A stretch of DNA of 64,000 nucleotides from Patescibacteria group bacterium. Its GTDB lineage: Bacteria > Patescibacteriota > Gracilibacteria > UBA1369 > PNNO01. Under the pieces are notes generated by a model. That model made no database searches and was not told where the DNA came from. It was given only the letters and a program-made list of their open reading frames with translations. The DNA is taken from assembly GCA_042568575.1 (NCBI GenBank), contig JBHPIO010000007.1, forward strand, positions 275-64,274, read 5' to 3'. The position numbers and the translations under genes are program-made. Of the stretch, positions 10,137-21,471 are shown piece by piece; within the stretch, counting starts at the first letter, position 1, and each line of letters opens with the position of its first letter.

Positions 10137-11759
10137 ATGGCAACGAAATACATATTTGTTACAGGAGGCGTATGTAGCTCACTTGGAAAAGGTATCACTA
10201 CCGCATCTATTGGCACCCTCCTAACGACATCGGGTTTTCGCGTATTCACACAAAAATTAGACCCCTATATTAACGTTGATCCGGGCACTATGAGCCCCTT
10301 TCAACATGGTGAAGTTTTTGTAACCGATGATGGTGCAGAAACAGATCTCGACCTTGGTCATTACGAAAGATATATTGATGTAAATTTATCAGCACTTTCG
10401 TCAGTAAGTACTGGAAAAATTTATTCACAAGTTATAGCAAACGAAAGAGAAGGAACATATCTTGGAGGGACTATCCAAATTATTCCACATATTACTAACG
10501 AGATTAAAAGACGTATTCGAGAAGCTGCAAAGAAAAGTAGATCAGACGTTATTATTGTTGAAATTGGAGGAACCGTCGGAGATATCGAAGGTCAGCCATT
10601 CCTTGAAGCACTACGTCAAATGAGGCATGAACATGGGGCAGAAAACACCCTCTTTGTTCATCTTACACTTCTACCCTATCTTCAAGGTTCAAAAGAATTA
10701 AAAACTAAACCTACTCAGGCATCTGTTAGAGAATTACGTGCAATGGGTATTATTCCTGACTTTATATTTGCAAGAGCAGATTATCCAATTGCAAAAGAAC
10801 TTCTTAAAAAGATTTCAAGATTCTGTGATGTACCAGTTGATCATGTTATCCCAGGAGAAACTGTAAGTTCAATTTATGAAGTGCCAATTAAATACGAAGA
10901 ATACAATGTTGCTGAGCTAATCGGGAAGAAACTTAATCTTGGAAAAGTAAAACCTAAACTTAAAGAATGGAAAAGGGTAATAAAAATGATTAAGAAAGAA
11001 CGAAAACCACTTAAAATTGCGCTTGTTGGAAAATATACAGGACTCGATGATGCATATATTAGTGTAATCGAATCATTAAAAATCGCATGTTATCACCAAG
11101 ATCGAAATCTAGATTTAATTTGGATTGATTCTGAGAAACTAGAAGAAGACGATCCAAAAACTTGGAAAAAATTGAAAGAAGCAGCTGGAATGGTTGTTCC
11201 CGGGGGCTTTGGTATTCGCGGAACAGAAGGAAAAATCCAAGCAGCAAAATATGCACGTGAAAATAAAATCCCATATCTTGGACTTTGTTTAGGAATGCAA
11301 ATTTTAACAATTGAATTTGCAAGATACGCACTAAAAGATCCAAAAATTACTTCAGAAGAATTTGATGAGAATGGAAAACTTGATGCAAGCAAATATGTAA
11401 TTCACTTCCTTCCGGGTCAATCAGCAGCTAGGGCTAAAGGAGGCACATTAAGACTTGGAGCTTATCCATGTAAACTAACTCCTCGAACTAAAACAAAAAA
11501 ACTATACGGAGGAAAAACAACTATTAGCGAAAGACACAGGCATAGATATGAATTTAATAATAAATTCAGGAAGAAATTAGAGAGCAAAGGCCTAGTCGTT
11601 TCAGGAATTTATCCAAAGCACAATCTTGTTGAAATAGCAGAAATTAAAGATCACCCATTCATGATCGGATCACAATTCCATCCTGAATTTTTATCTCGTC
11701 CTAATAGACCACATCCATTATTCTATGGATTTATTGAAGCGGGTATTCAAAATAGTTAG
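10137..11759 (+). CDS. pyrG: CTP synthase
   Basis: N-terminal synthetase domain (KYIFVTGGVCSSLGKG) and C-terminal glutamine amidotransferase (GLCLGMQ, HRHRYEFN). 540 aa. Confidence 0.95.
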   Translation: MATKYIFVTGGVCSSLGKGITTASIGTLLTTSGFRVFTQKLDPYINVDPGTMSPFQHGEVFVTDDGAETDLDLGHYERYIDVNLSALSSVSTGKIYSQVIANEREGTYLGGTIQIIPHITNEIKRRIREAAKKSRSDVIIVEIGGTVGDIEGQPFLEALRQMRHEHGAENTLFVHLTLLPYLQGSKELKTKPTQASVRELRAMGIIPDFIFARADYPIAKELLKKISRFCDVPVDHVIPGETVSSIYEVPIKYEEYNVAELIGKKLNLGKVKPKLKEWKRVIKMIKKERKPLKIALVGKYTGLDDAYISVIESLKIACYHQDRNLDLIWIDSEKLEEDDPKTWKKLKEAAGMVVPGGFGIRGTEGKIQAAKYARENKIPYLGLCLGMQILTIEFARYALKDPKITSEEFDENGKLDASKYVIHFLPGQSAARAKGGTLRLGAYPCKLTPRTKTKKLYGGKTTISERHRHRYEFNNKFRKKLESKGLVVSGIYPKHNLVEIAEIKDHPFMIGSQFHPEFLSRPNRPHPLFYGFIEAGIQNS

Positions 11760-11798
11760 TTTTTGCGGTATAATTAATTGAAATAAAACATTAAAATT

Positions 11799-13196
11799 AT
11801 GCCGAATTTTCGATATATCGTCGTAAATAAAGAAAATAGACAACTCTCAGGAGTTGTAGATGCCCCAAATGCTGACGTAGCACGCCAAGAACTAAAGGAT
11901 CTAGGCTTTTCTATCGTATCCCTTGAGAAGTCAGCACAAGAAGAAGAAAAGAAGCATACAGGAGTTGTTTTCGAATTCGCAGGCATAGATGCTCAAAATA
12001 AAAATGTTTCAGGAACTATCCGCTCGGAAAGTCGTTATCAGGCATTTAGAAGATTAATAACAGAATACGAACTTGATGTTCAATATGTTGTTGAATCTGA
12101 TCTTAAGGAGAAAGAAAAAGCAGCACAACAAAAGGAAGGCGTAATCTCTTTAATGAAAAAATATCAGGAAGAAGTAAAAAGTCTTACTCAGAAATTTCAT
12201 GAGAAAAAAATCAAAAAGATTGATCGCACTTTTGAAAAAGAAAAGGCGTTAATTATGAGACAAGTTGATTATGTACTGAAAAAAGTTAATTCAGCTGTTG
12301 ATACTTTCGGAAAAGAACTAAATCCACAAGATAAACAGACCATCATTAGTTATGTTAATAAAATCCTACGTTTAAAAAACACAACTAATCTAGATTATCT
12401 TAAAACTACTTGTAAAAGTTTACTTGAATATCTACAAAACGCAGAAATTTTTACACACAGAAAAGGGCAATTAGATGAAAAAATGCGACTTTATGCAGAC
12501 TCAAAAGACATGATTGAAACAATCGACAAAGGAAAAGATTTTGGACTATATGAAGACCTAGAAGACCAGATCGTCAGATGGAGATCTGAGCATATTAAAG
12601 GAAAAGGGAAAGTTCAATTTAGTGATAAATTAAAAGATGTCTATTATTCAACAATTCTAAAGATAATTCATGAAGGTGAAGAAACACGAACATTAAAAAA
12701 AGAACTTCATCACTTAAATCGTGAACTAAAACAGTATTATTCAATATATATTAAAGCAAAAGATCCAACTTTTAGAAAAGAGGCATCAGTAAGTATTAAA
12801 AAACTTCGTGAAAAGAAGAAAAAATTAAAACATGACATACGTGTAACTCGCAAAAAAGAAAGAAGCACTATGCATGAAGAGTTCGGTTTAACTGGCTTTG
12901 AAGCATTTATAGATATAATAAGAGGACTTTCGGGATGGCTTTTGTTTTTCTATCTAATTTATTACTTCACATCAGCTTATTTAATTACAAAACAGTTGGG
13001 ATTCCCTGGAAATGAACTCCCATCTTTCCTTTACTTATTCGATTCTGGTGCAATTAAGTATTTATTACCGGTAGTTTTCCTTTTGCACTCAATGTCGAGT
13101 TTAAAAATCATATTTTTCAAAAGAAACGCATTTGCAAATATACTACTAGTCCCTATTTTCCTTCTTACTTCATTAGTAGTTGTATTTAATTTCTAA
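11799..13196 (+). CDS. hypothetical membrane protein with GspF/PilC-like N-terminal repeats, a coiled coil and C-terminal TM helices
   Basis: Two tandem segments fit the F-x-Y..G..G.i.A....A...L pattern of T2SS-F/PilC N-termini (MPNFRYIVVNKENRQLSGVVDAPNADVARQELKDLGF; VVFEFAGIDAQNKNVSGTIRSESRYQAFRRL). A K/E-rich helical middle and about 3-4 C-terminal hydrophobic helices follow. Confidence 0.6.
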   Translation: MPNFRYIVVNKENRQLSGVVDAPNADVARQELKDLGFSIVSLEKSAQEEEKKHTGVVFEFAGIDAQNKNVSGTIRSESRYQAFRRLITEYELDVQYVVESDLKEKEKAAQQKEGVISLMKKYQEEVKSLTQKFHEKKIKKIDRTFEKEKALIMRQVDYVLKKVNSAVDTFGKELNPQDKQTIISYVNKILRLKNTTNLDYLKTTCKSLLEYLQNAEIFTHRKGQLDEKMRLYADSKDMIETIDKGKDFGLYEDLEDQIVRWRSEHIKGKGKVQFSDKLKDVYYSTILKIIHEGEETRTLKKELHHLNRELKQYYSIYIKAKDPTFRKEASVSIKKLREKKKKLKHDIRVTRKKERSTMHEEFGLTGFEAFIDIIRGLSGWLLFFYLIYYFTSAYLITKQLGFPGNELPSFLYLFDSGAIKYLLPVVFLLHSMSSLKIIFFKRNAFANILLVPIFLLTSLVVVFNF

Positions 13197-13259
13197 TTGC
13201 AGGTAGAGCCATATTTCGTTACAATTCCTTCGAACTTTTTTGGATTAAATAACTTATTT

Positions 13260-14057
13260 ATGTACCCAGTAATTCTAGAAATAGGACCTATCATCGTATA
13301 TTCATTATGGCTTTTTGCCGGTATTGCACTACTCGCAAGTGTTTTTATGTTTGAATATCTTGCACGCTTAAAAAGGCTACATATGAATTTCATTTACCAT
13401 CATAGTCTTGCCATATTCATTTGGGGACTAGTTGGATCAAGACTTTTATATGTACTTATAAACTTTCAAGTTTACTTCCCTGATTTCACACTATCGTCGT
13501 TTCTAAGAATTTTATACATTTGGAACGATAAAGGTCTTTCATTGATAGGTGCATTACTTGGAATCGGGATCTCTTTATTATATTTTTCAATTAAAGAAAA
13601 GGAACAAACAAAGAGATGGCTTGATATTTTTTCAATTTCAGTAATAACAGGACTAGGGATAGGGCACCTTGGGACATTTTTAGATGGTTCAGCTTACGGA
13701 AGAGAAACAAGTTTACCTTGGGGAATGGTTTTTGACAGCCCCTCAATAAAATATGCAGTACCTATTCATCCAGTTCAACTATATGCAGCTCTTTATAGCA
13801 TAATAATTGTGGTAGTTCTTTATCTCCTATATAGGAAGAGTAAATTTAAAGCCGGAGTAATCGCTGCGGCAGGAATTATTTCATACATGTCCATGACTTT
13901 TTTATCAGGATTTTTGCGCGGCGATGATGTTTTTGTATTTTTAGGATTAAGAGATGAGCAAATTTTTGCACTTGCCACATTAATTCTCACTGGAACTTAT
14001 CTCTTTTTACGCTATAATAAAAAAAGAAAGAAAAAATCCCCTCACCAACCAGCATAA
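13260..14057 (+). CDS. lgt: prolipoprotein diacylglyceryl transferase
   Basis: Multi-TM protein with the Lgt signature YGRETSLPWGMVF and HPVQLY. ATG at 13260 (MYPVILEIGP..) matches typical Lgt N-termini better than the TTG at 13197. Confidence 0.85.
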   Translation: MYPVILEIGPIIVYSLWLFAGIALLASVFMFEYLARLKRLHMNFIYHHSLAIFIWGLVGSRLLYVLINFQVYFPDFTLSSFLRILYIWNDKGLSLIGALLGIGISLLYFSIKEKEQTKRWLDIFSISVITGLGIGHLGTFLDGSAYGRETSLPWGMVFDSPSIKYAVPIHPVQLYAALYSIIIVVVLYLLYRKSKFKAGVIAAAGIISYMSMTFLSGFLRGDDVFVFLGLRDEQIFALATLILTGTYLFLRYNKKRKKKSPHQPA

Positions 14058-14426
14058 ATGCCTAGTTACACAGAAATTATTGAATGGCTCGTAACACCTG
14101 AAGTATCAACAACTATTGCTATCGGGTTAGTAAGTTATTTTCTTCTATTGTGGTTAGCTTTGATTATCTGGGCAACAAAAGATATTATTAGCAGGACAAA
14201 TAATATCCCTTTTCAAATTATTTCAATTTTCTTGGTAGTATTTTTAAATATATTTGGTTTAATTATTTATATCGCAGTAAGGCCTTCAAAAACTTTAATA
14301 GAAAAGTTCTTTGAGGATCTTGAATATGAAGCGCTAGTTCAAGAAACCAGAAAAGAAAAACCAAAGAATAAGCAAAAACCAGCTAAAGCTAAAAAGACTA
14401 CAAAAAAACCACGAAAAAAATCTTAA
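14058..14426 (+). CDS. small membrane protein (PLDc_N-like) with a poly-Lys tail
   Basis: Two TM helices with the W..D...R and G.iiY pattern of the PLD-nuclease N-terminal family. Lys-rich C-terminus. The start abuts the lgt stop. Confidence 0.55.
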   Translation: MPSYTEIIEWLVTPEVSTTIAIGLVSYFLLLWLALIIWATKDIISRTNNIPFQIISIFLVVFLNIFGLIIYIAVRPSKTLIEKFFEDLEYEALVQETRKEKPKNKQKPAKAKKTTKKPRKKS

Positions 14427-14441
14427 TAACTACTAATAATT

Positions 14442-14843
14442 ATGGAAATCGTAAGTTATCTATTTAGTCCAGTCCCTGGATCTACATTCACGTATGATAC
14501 TGCAGTATATATTTATGCAGCGGCACTATTTGTAATAGCTATTTTAATTAAAGTCCTTCTCGCGATTAAAAAGAATAACAAGGCACTAAAAAAAGTTCTA
14601 AGAGCAACTCCAGGTCAATTCGCATGGACAGCAATTCTTCTTGCTATCTTAACTGCATCTAGAAATAGCGGAGTTCCTTATTTAAGCATGCGCACTCTGC
14701 TTTTTATAATTATTGCACTTTCATTCTTCTATATCGGATTCACAATCTACAAAATGATTAAAAAGTATCCGGAAATGAAGGAGATAACAAAACCAAAGGT
14801 AAGGAAAGAGCAAGGACCTTCATATACAACAAGCAAGAAGTAA
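14442..14843 (+). CDS. hypothetical membrane protein
   Basis: 133 aa with 3-4 hydrophobic helices. No family recognised. Confidence 0.55.
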   Translation: MEIVSYLFSPVPGSTFTYDTAVYIYAAALFVIAILIKVLLAIKKNNKALKKVLRATPGQFAWTAILLAILTASRNSGVPYLSMRTLLFIIIALSFFYIGFTIYKMIKKYPEMKEITKPKVRKEQGPSYTTSKK

Positions 14844-14845
14844 CT

Positions 14846-16054
14846 CTATTCAAACAAATAAGTTGTGATCGATTCATCATCCACTATGATGAACTTTTCA
14901 TGGAAAGGGAATACTACGAATTTATCATCTTCATCAAGTTCTAGAATACTTACACAGTTATCAAAAGTAAGATCGCATAAACTTAAATTCTTCTGTTTTT
15001 GAAGAAAGATATGTTTACCATCAAAATACCATTCAACTTCCTCTACAGGCGACGCAAACCGTGCTAGAAGCTCTTTCGAGCTCTTAAACTTGTCATATAG
15101 CATTATTTCGCCATTCCCTCTCACAAGGGCAATATTTCTACCATCAGGCGCAACACCAGATAATGATTTAACTTTATTATCAATAAATACTAATTGCTTA
15201 TTTAAATATTGAAACAAATGATCCCCTTCCATAACAAACACATCCCCTTTTGAACTAATTACATCTAAAGTCAGATCAACATTTTGAGTTAAACTTTCAT
15301 ATAAAAGCGACGTTTCAATAAAACTACCGTCATCATTTATATCTGCAGAGTATAAATTATCATCAGTAAAATAAAAGCCTGTTAAATTTGGCGTTAGTGA
15401 AAGAATAAAATTATTAAATTCATTAGGGATAGGTATCGTTTTAACGGTCTTATCTTCCAAATTTAAAGTAAGAGCACTTTTGGAATCCGCAAATACAATA
15501 TTATTTGATCCAACAAGATAAGCTTTATTATTTTTAAGCTGATCCATCTTGTAATTAATAGTTTCTATATCAAATTCACCATTTTGATTTAATTTGTAGA
15601 TATAGATTTTATTTTCTTCATACGACAAAAAGATCAAAGAGTTTTCATTGTATATTAGTTCATTATATTCAAAATCAAGCGGAATTGATGTCGTGAATTT
15701 TTCAAGATCTTTAGGAATTAGAAGAACATCATCAATTTTTGCTACAAAATCTTCAGTAACTTTAACACTTCTTTTCCAAGTGACATATCCTTCCTTTTCA
15801 ATTACAACATGATGCTTTCCAGGAGCAATACTTTTGATTTGAATAGGCGCTTTTACTTCCATATGCTCTCCATCCACAAAAATGTTCACATTCTCAAGCT
15901 CACTATTAATATCAATTATGCTCGTTTTAACAATACTCTGCTGCAAAAGGTCAATCTGATAACCATACGCTGCCAAAAGAGCATATGTTGTTGCAGAAAT
16001 AAAGAAAAAAACAACAAAGACTTGGAAAAACAATCTAATTAACTTTTTAAACAT
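14846..16054 (-). CDS. PEGA-domain membrane-anchored protein
   Basis: N-terminal TM anchor, then a PEGA-like segment (VDGEHMEVKAPIQIKSIAPGKHHVVIEKEGYVTWKRSV), then a long beta-rich region. Confidence 0.6.
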   Translation of the reverse strand: MFKKLIRLFFQVFVVFFFISATTYALLAAYGYQIDLLQQSIVKTSIIDINSELENVNIFVDGEHMEVKAPIQIKSIAPGKHHVVIEKEGYVTWKRSVKVTEDFVAKIDDVLLIPKDLEKFTTSIPLDFEYNELIYNENSLIFLSYEENKIYIYKLNQNGEFDIETINYKMDQLKNNKAYLVGSNNIVFADSKSALTLNLEDKTVKTIPIPNEFNNFILSLTPNLTGFYFTDDNLYSADINDDGSFIETSLLYESLTQNVDLTLDVISSKGDVFVMEGDHLFQYLNKQLVFIDNKVKSLSGVAPDGRNIALVRGNGEIMLYDKFKSSKELLARFASPVEEVEWYFDGKHIFLQKQKNLSLCDLTFDNCVSILELDEDDKFVVFPFHEKFIIVDDESITTYLFE

Positions 16055-16071
16055 AAACTTTTAGAAAAATG

Positions 16072-16563
16072 CTACACAATATTCAAAATTTCATACTCTA
16101 CAACCCCAGATGGGACAGCAACTTTCACGCGATCTCCAACACTTTTATCTAAAAGTGCACTTCCTACAGGAGATTCGTTTGAAATCTTTGATTCCCAATC
16201 TGATTCAGTAGAACCAACAATAATAAATTCCTGCTTTTCAGCATTCTTTTTTGATTTATTCTTAACTTTAACTTTTGAACCAAGCTGAACAATTGCTCCT
16301 GCTTTCTTATGTTTTTCATCAATAACTTTTGCATATTTAACTTTATCTTCAAGATCAAGAATTCGTCCTTCAACAAAAGCTTGTTCATTTTTAGCTTCTT
16401 CATACTCAGAGTTTTCTGAAAGATCACCATAACTAATCGCCTCTTTAATACGACCAGCAACTTCTTTACGTTTTACATTCTTTAAACTATCTAGTTCTTC
16501 TAGAAGTTTTTTGTACCCATCTTTCGTGACAAGAACTACTTTTTCATCTTTGTCATCAGCCAT
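16072..16563 (-). CDS. greA: transcription elongation factor GreA
   Basis: GreA coiled-coil N-domain (ISYGDLSENSEYEEAKNEQAF) plus C-terminal domain. 163 aa. Confidence 0.92.
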   Translation of the reverse strand: MADDKDEKVVLVTKDGYKKLLEELDSLKNVKRKEVAGRIKEAISYGDLSENSEYEEAKNEQAFVEGRILDLEDKVKYAKVIDEKHKKAGAIVQLGSKVKVKNKSKKNAEKQEFIIVGSTESDWESKISNESPVGSALLDKSVGDRVKVAVPSGVVEYEILNIV

Positions 16564-16586
16564 AATTTAATAGTTAGTAATAATTA

Positions 16587-17705
16587 TTAGTGGGGTCGAA
16601 TTTTAATACTTGTAGGATGTTCTTTTAGTTTTTGCAGCACTTTTGCCTCAATCTGCCTAATACGTTCACGAGTAACATTGAATTCATGCCCTACTTCTTC
16701 AAGTGTATGACCTACGCCATCTTTCAAACCAAATCTCATTTCGATAATTTTTCTTTCACGAGGAGATAGATACTGAAGCATCTCATGAATGTTCTCTTTA
16801 ACAATTTGTCTGTTTGTAGCATCTGATGGAGAAAGCGCATCGTCATCTTCAATAAAGTCTCCCAGCTTACTATCTTCTTCTGTTCCCACAGGAGCTTCCA
16901 AAGAAACAATGTCTTGAGAAATCTTCATGATATGACGTACTTTCTTCACATCCATATCCATTTCAGCTGCAAGTTCTTCAATTAAAGGTTCACGTCCAAG
17001 TTCCTGAACAAGTCTTCTCTGTGCGTGTGTAAGTTTATTAATCGTTTCAACCATATGCACGGGAATCCTGATTGTTCGTGCCTGATCCGCAATTGCACGC
17101 GTAATAGCCTGACGAATCCACCATGTTGCATATGTAGAAAATTTAAATCCTCTGTTTGGATCAAATTTTTCAACCGCTCTAAACAGTCCGATATTTCCTT
17201 CCTGAATCAAATCAAGAAATGAAAGTCCACGACCAATATATTTTTTTGCGATACTAACTACTAATCTCAAGTTAGCTTCAGCAAGTTTTTGCTTTGCTGT
17301 TTGATCACCTCTTGTAATTGCGCGTGCTAAATCAACTTCCTCTTTTGCAGTCAATAGAGGAACTTTTCCAATTTCGCACAAATATAATCTAATTGAATCA
17401 TTTGCAATCTCTCTTAACTCAATTTCCTTTTTATCTTTCTTTTCTTTCTTATCACCTTCTTCTTTATTGTTCCAAATCATTGCATCTTTAACATCAATCA
17501 CATCAATACCAAGATCCAGGAATAAACTATAAATTTCATCTAAAAGAAGAACATCTTCTTCAATATTTGGAATTGCCTTCATTAACTCCTGTTGCGTAAC
17601 AAAACCTTGCTCGCGTCCTTTCTTAACGAGTTTTCGTACTTCAGGTGGAAATTGTGAAAGTTTATCGTCAGTTGGGTGAACTATAAACTTTTTCGTACGT
17701 GCCAT
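16587..17705 (-). CDS. rpoD: RNA polymerase primary sigma factor (sigma-70)
   Basis: Regions 2-4 present: [50 protein letters not shown]. Confidence 0.93.
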   Translation of the reverse strand: MARTKKFIVHPTDDKLSQFPPEVRKLVKKGREQGFVTQQELMKAIPNIEEDVLLLDEIYSLFLDLGIDVIDVKDAMIWNNKEEGDKKEKKDKKEIELREIANDSIRLYLCEIGKVPLLTAKEEVDLARAITRGDQTAKQKLAEANLRLVVSIAKKYIGRGLSFLDLIQEGNIGLFRAVEKFDPNRGFKFSTYATWWIRQAITRAIADQARTIRIPVHMVETINKLTHAQRRLVQELGREPLIEELAAEMDMDVKKVRHIMKISQDIVSLEAPVGTEEDSKLGDFIEDDDALSPSDATNRQIVKENIHEMLQYLSPRERKIIEMRFGLKDGVGHTLEEVGHEFNVTRERIRQIEAKVLQKLKEHPTSIKIRPH

Positions 17706-17715
17706 ATTAATTATT

Positions 17716-19485
17716 TTAAGAACTCACTAAGGATTGAAATTGTTGCAATAATTCTTTCGCTCTATCTTTTTCGCCATTCTTTTCCGCTTCTCGCATCTCA
17801 CGTGACAAGCTTCTTTTCTGCCTATCTAGCCACGTATTTTTAAGCTTATTAACTAGTGCCTTAAACTCAATTTCAATCTTGTTTTCATTAAAGCCTCCAT
17901 AGGATTCTTCAATAAATAACGAAATAACCTCCAGTTTTTTACACACATCATCATCGAAACACGCCAAAAATTCCTTCCTCTTATCCTCTGCTCGAAGCAA
18001 ATTATAGTTATCTTTAAGCGTATTGTAAATGCTTTTTTCATCTTCTGGGAGCTTCTCAGGATCAATTCCATTAAAATCATCTTCTAGGAGCTCTGGATTC
18101 TCATAAACAAGCCCTAAAATGAAATCAAACAATGAAAATTTCTTGTTTTCTTCCTGTGTTTTTACAGATTTTTTACGAACTTTCAAACTAGATGACTCCC
18201 CTGCTCGCTTCAATTCATCATATATCTGCACTTCTTTTGCATCTATCTTCTGCGCAATTTCACGAATATAGAAATCCTGTTCAAGCGAACTTGAAAGGAT
18301 AAGTAAATACTCAATCATTTCGTTCATAATTGCTTTTTTGCCATCAAGTTTAGTTGGATCATTACGTTCTAACGCATCATTTAAAGCAAATTCCATGAAT
18401 GGAACCGTGTTTTCAATAATTTGATTCCACTCCTCTCCATGATCTTTAATGTAATCAGCAGGATCTTTTGCTCCTGGAACACTTAAAACTCTTACATTTA
18501 CTCCTTCTTTTTGAGCAAGCGCGAAACCTCTTTTCGCCGCTGCTATACCAGCTTTATCTGTATCAAAACAAAAAATAAGATCTTTAGTTAATCTTTTTAA
18601 AAGTTTGATTTGCTGAACAGTAAGCGCAGTTCCAGAAGTAGCAACTACATTTTTAATTCCCATTTGATATGACATAATCACATCAAAATAACCTTCTACC
18701 AAAAGAACTTTTGAGCTTTTTTTAATAGAATCTTTTGCAAAATTATATCCATACATCACATCGCTTTTCTTATAAATTGGCGAATCAGAAGAATTAAGAT
18801 ATTTTGGCTCATCATCTTTTTTAAGAGCACGACCTCCAAATCCGACAATTCGTCCAAGCGAATCGTAAATTGGAATCATTAATCTTCTCCTAAATCGATC
18901 ATAAACCTTATCGCTATTCGTATCTTTTGATATTGCCATTCCGCTTAGAGCAAGTATTTTTCTTGAATAACCACTTTTCACAAGTTCCAAGTGAGTTTTA
19001 TCAAACGAATCAGGTGAAAGCCCAAAATTAAATTCACGAATTGAATCATCCGACATCCCTCTATTCCTCAAATACCCCAGAACTTTTTTCCCATCGTCAG
19101 TATTCCACAATAAATCCGAATAAAATTTTGCCGCTTTGGTGTGAATTTCATAAATTTCCTCTTTTTCGCTTTTACTGTGCTTGCTTTGAGAACTCATTTG
19201 ATAATCAGCAAGATCAAGACCACATTTCTCAGCGAGAATATTAACTGCTTCTTTAAATTCAATACCTTCAACTTCTTGGACAAATGCAATCATATCCCCT
19301 CCTTTATGGCAGCCAAAACAATAAGCAAGCTCCTTTTCCGGACTCACCATAAAACTTGGTGTTTTCTCCTGATGGAAAGGGCAAAGACCTTTTAGATTTC
19401 GTCCTGCGGGCTTTAACTGAACATATTGTGCAACAACATCTTCAATATTTAGCCGGGATTTTATTTCCGAAACAATGTCAGACAT
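17716..19485 (-). CDS. dnaG: DNA primase
   Basis: CHC2 zinc finger ([23 protein letters not shown]) and TOPRIM (LVEGYFDV). Sits in the classic dnaG-rpoD arrangement. Confidence 0.93.
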   Translation of the reverse strand: MSDIVSEIKSRLNIEDVVAQYVQLKPAGRNLKGLCPFHQEKTPSFMVSPEKELAYCFGCHKGGDMIAFVQEVEGIEFKEAVNILAEKCGLDLADYQMSSQSKHSKSEKEEIYEIHTKAAKFYSDLLWNTDDGKKVLGYLRNRGMSDDSIREFNFGLSPDSFDKTHLELVKSGYSRKILALSGMAISKDTNSDKVYDRFRRRLMIPIYDSLGRIVGFGGRALKKDDEPKYLNSSDSPIYKKSDVMYGYNFAKDSIKKSSKVLLVEGYFDVIMSYQMGIKNVVATSGTALTVQQIKLLKRLTKDLIFCFDTDKAGIAAAKRGFALAQKEGVNVRVLSVPGAKDPADYIKDHGEEWNQIIENTVPFMEFALNDALERNDPTKLDGKKAIMNEMIEYLLILSSSLEQDFYIREIAQKIDAKEVQIYDELKRAGESSSLKVRKKSVKTQEENKKFSLFDFILGLVYENPELLEDDFNGIDPEKLPEDEKSIYNTLKDNYNLLRAEDKRKEFLACFDDDVCKKLEVISLFIEESYGGFNENKIEIEFKALVNKLKNTWLDRQKRSLSREMREAEKNGEKDRAKELLQQFQSLVSS

Positions 19486-19535
19486 AAAAAAGTATCAAGG
19501 GGCTCTATTGTAAAGACCTTATTAAGGAAAATCAA

Positions 19536-20594
19536 TCAACTTTTCTTTAACTTTTTCAGCCCATAAAACACTATCATTGAAGCCATAATTACCATGAAAA
19601 CTCCCATGGATATAATTAAATACAATTTTTGTGTTGATCCAAGGAAAATTGCGCTTCCACCAAAGAATGTACACAACAAATATATGAGTACTAAAGCTTT
19701 TCTATCAGTTAATCCAACTTCAACAAGACGATGATGCAAATGTTTTAAATCTCCTTTCATTGGCGATTGGCCGCGAACAATTCGTCTTGTGATTACCCAA
19801 AATGCATCTAAAATCGGGAATCCAAGTACTAAAAAGGCAGTCGCAATCTTTCCACCAGAAAAAATAGCAAAAACCGCTAAAAGAAACCCAATAAACATAC
19901 TCCCAGTATCCCCCATTAATATTTTTGCGGGATAAAAATCAAAAAACCAGAATGCCAAACAAGTCGACGCCAAAATAACTGCAATCGTTGCAACAGTTGT
20001 TTGATCAATAACATTATGCTCTCCAATACTCAAAATAAATACTGTTATAGCAGCAATAAATCCAACTCCACTTACAAGTCCGTTCAATCCATCAAGGAAA
20101 TTCATTGTATTAACAATCAAAACAATCCAAATAATAGTAAATATATCCGCAAGAATAGTGAATTCTAGTACATTGTCACCAAAAGGAACGCCGATAATAA
20201 ACCTATTTAGTTCGATTACTCCTCCAAGAGGGTTTGTTATAGATTCAATTCCAATGCCTGAGATAACTATCGTAAAGGCCGCTAGAAACTGAACTATTAA
20301 GCGTATCCATGGACTCACACCTTTTAAATCATCAAGGAAGCTAATTCCTGCGATCATTAGTGCACCAATAAGTACTCCTAGCACATTTTTATCGATATCT
20401 GTAAAAATAATCACACTTAAAACAAAAACAAAGACAATAACTAGTCCTCCATAATACGGGATAGGCTTTCTTTTGAGGCCATATTTGTGTGGACGATCAA
20501 GAAGACCCCATTTCGGGAAAAGTTTAAGCGCCAACAAAGTTAAAATTCCCGTTAGAAGAAAGGAAAATAGAGCCGGAATGAGATAATCAATCAT
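19536..20594 (-). CDS. glycosyltransferase family 4 polyprenyl-phosphate sugar-1-phosphate transferase (WecA/TagO/MraY family)
   Basis: About 10 TM helices. Motifs KRKPIPYYGG, DDLKGVSP, NTMNFLDGLNGL and FMGDTGS-like (LMGDTGSMFIG). Confidence 0.85.
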   Translation of the reverse strand: MIDYLIPALFSFLLTGILTLLALKLFPKWGLLDRPHKYGLKRKPIPYYGGLVIVFVFVLSVIIFTDIDKNVLGVLIGALMIAGISFLDDLKGVSPWIRLIVQFLAAFTIVISGIGIESITNPLGGVIELNRFIIGVPFGDNVLEFTILADIFTIIWIVLIVNTMNFLDGLNGLVSGVGFIAAITVFILSIGEHNVIDQTTVATIAVILASTCLAFWFFDFYPAKILMGDTGSMFIGFLLAVFAIFSGGKIATAFLVLGFPILDAFWVITRRIVRGQSPMKGDLKHLHHRLVEVGLTDRKALVLIYLLCTFFGGSAIFLGSTQKLYLIISMGVFMVIMASMIVFYGLKKLKKS

Positions 20595-21462
20595 AATGTA
20601 ATATTTTTCGGAATTTAACTAAGTTATTTTCTCCACCGGAAACTTTTTTAAGAATCCCAACAAGCTTATTGTCGAAAAAAGCAGCAGATATTGCAATAGA
20701 ATCTGAAACATTGCTCTTTACTGCTTGGCCATTTCTTAACTTCTTATACTCCTCGGAAGTCAAAACCATTTTTTCCAAATCCTTAAACGCATCTTCAACA
20801 GCTATAAAACATTCATCGACACCCTTTTTCTCTACTTCTTCAAGGGAATATGCATTATTTAGTGAAAACTCCCCAACTTGCGTTCTAGTTAGCGCATTCA
20901 TATATGCTCCAACATCAAGTTTTTCACCCAAATCATGACAAATAGATCTAATATATGTCCCACTTCCACAATCTACCTCAATTTTTAAAGAAGGGTACTC
21001 GTAAGAAACAACTGTTATTTTTGAAATATGAACTTTTCGACTTTTCATCTCAACTTCTTCTCCTTTTCTTGCTAAATCATAAGCTCTTCTTCCTTCCAAT
21101 TTGATTGCACTAAATACAGGTGGAACTTGATCAATATCTCCAATAAATGTCTGAATAGCCTCTTCTATTTCATCAATAGTAGGTTTTTGAGTACTCACCT
21201 CTTCAATTTCCCCTTCAGCATCATATGTATTAGATTTTTTCCCAAAAATGAGCTCGGCCTCGTAACTTTTATTATTTCCCATCATGAATTCAATTAATTT
21301 TGTTGCCTGTCCTACCGCCATAATTAAAACACCTTCGGCCAAAGGATCCAAAGTTCCAGTGTGTCCCATTTTTCTTATTCCAGAAATCCTGCGCAATTTT
21401 CGGATCACATCAAAAGAACTTATCCCTTTCGGTTTATTAATATTTAGAAATCCAAAATTCAT
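20587..21462 (-). CDS. truB: tRNA pseudouridine(55) synthase
   Basis: Catalytic motif GHTGTLDPLAEGVL and TruB length. 8-nt overlap with the downstream GT4 gene. Confidence 0.92.
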   Translation of the reverse strand: MNFGFLNINKPKGISSFDVIRKLRRISGIRKMGHTGTLDPLAEGVLIMAVGQATKLIEFMMGNNKSYEAELIFGKKSNTYDAEGEIEEVSTQKPTIDEIEEAIQTFIGDIDQVPPVFSAIKLEGRRAYDLARKGEEVEMKSRKVHISKITVVSYEYPSLKIEVDCGSGTYIRSICHDLGEKLDVGAYMNALTRTQVGEFSLNNAYSLEEVEKKGVDECFIAVEDAFKDLEKMVLTSEEYKKLRNGQAVKSNVSDSIAISAAFFDNKLVGILKKVSGGENNLVKFRKILHYD

Positions 21463-21471
21463 AATTTACAT

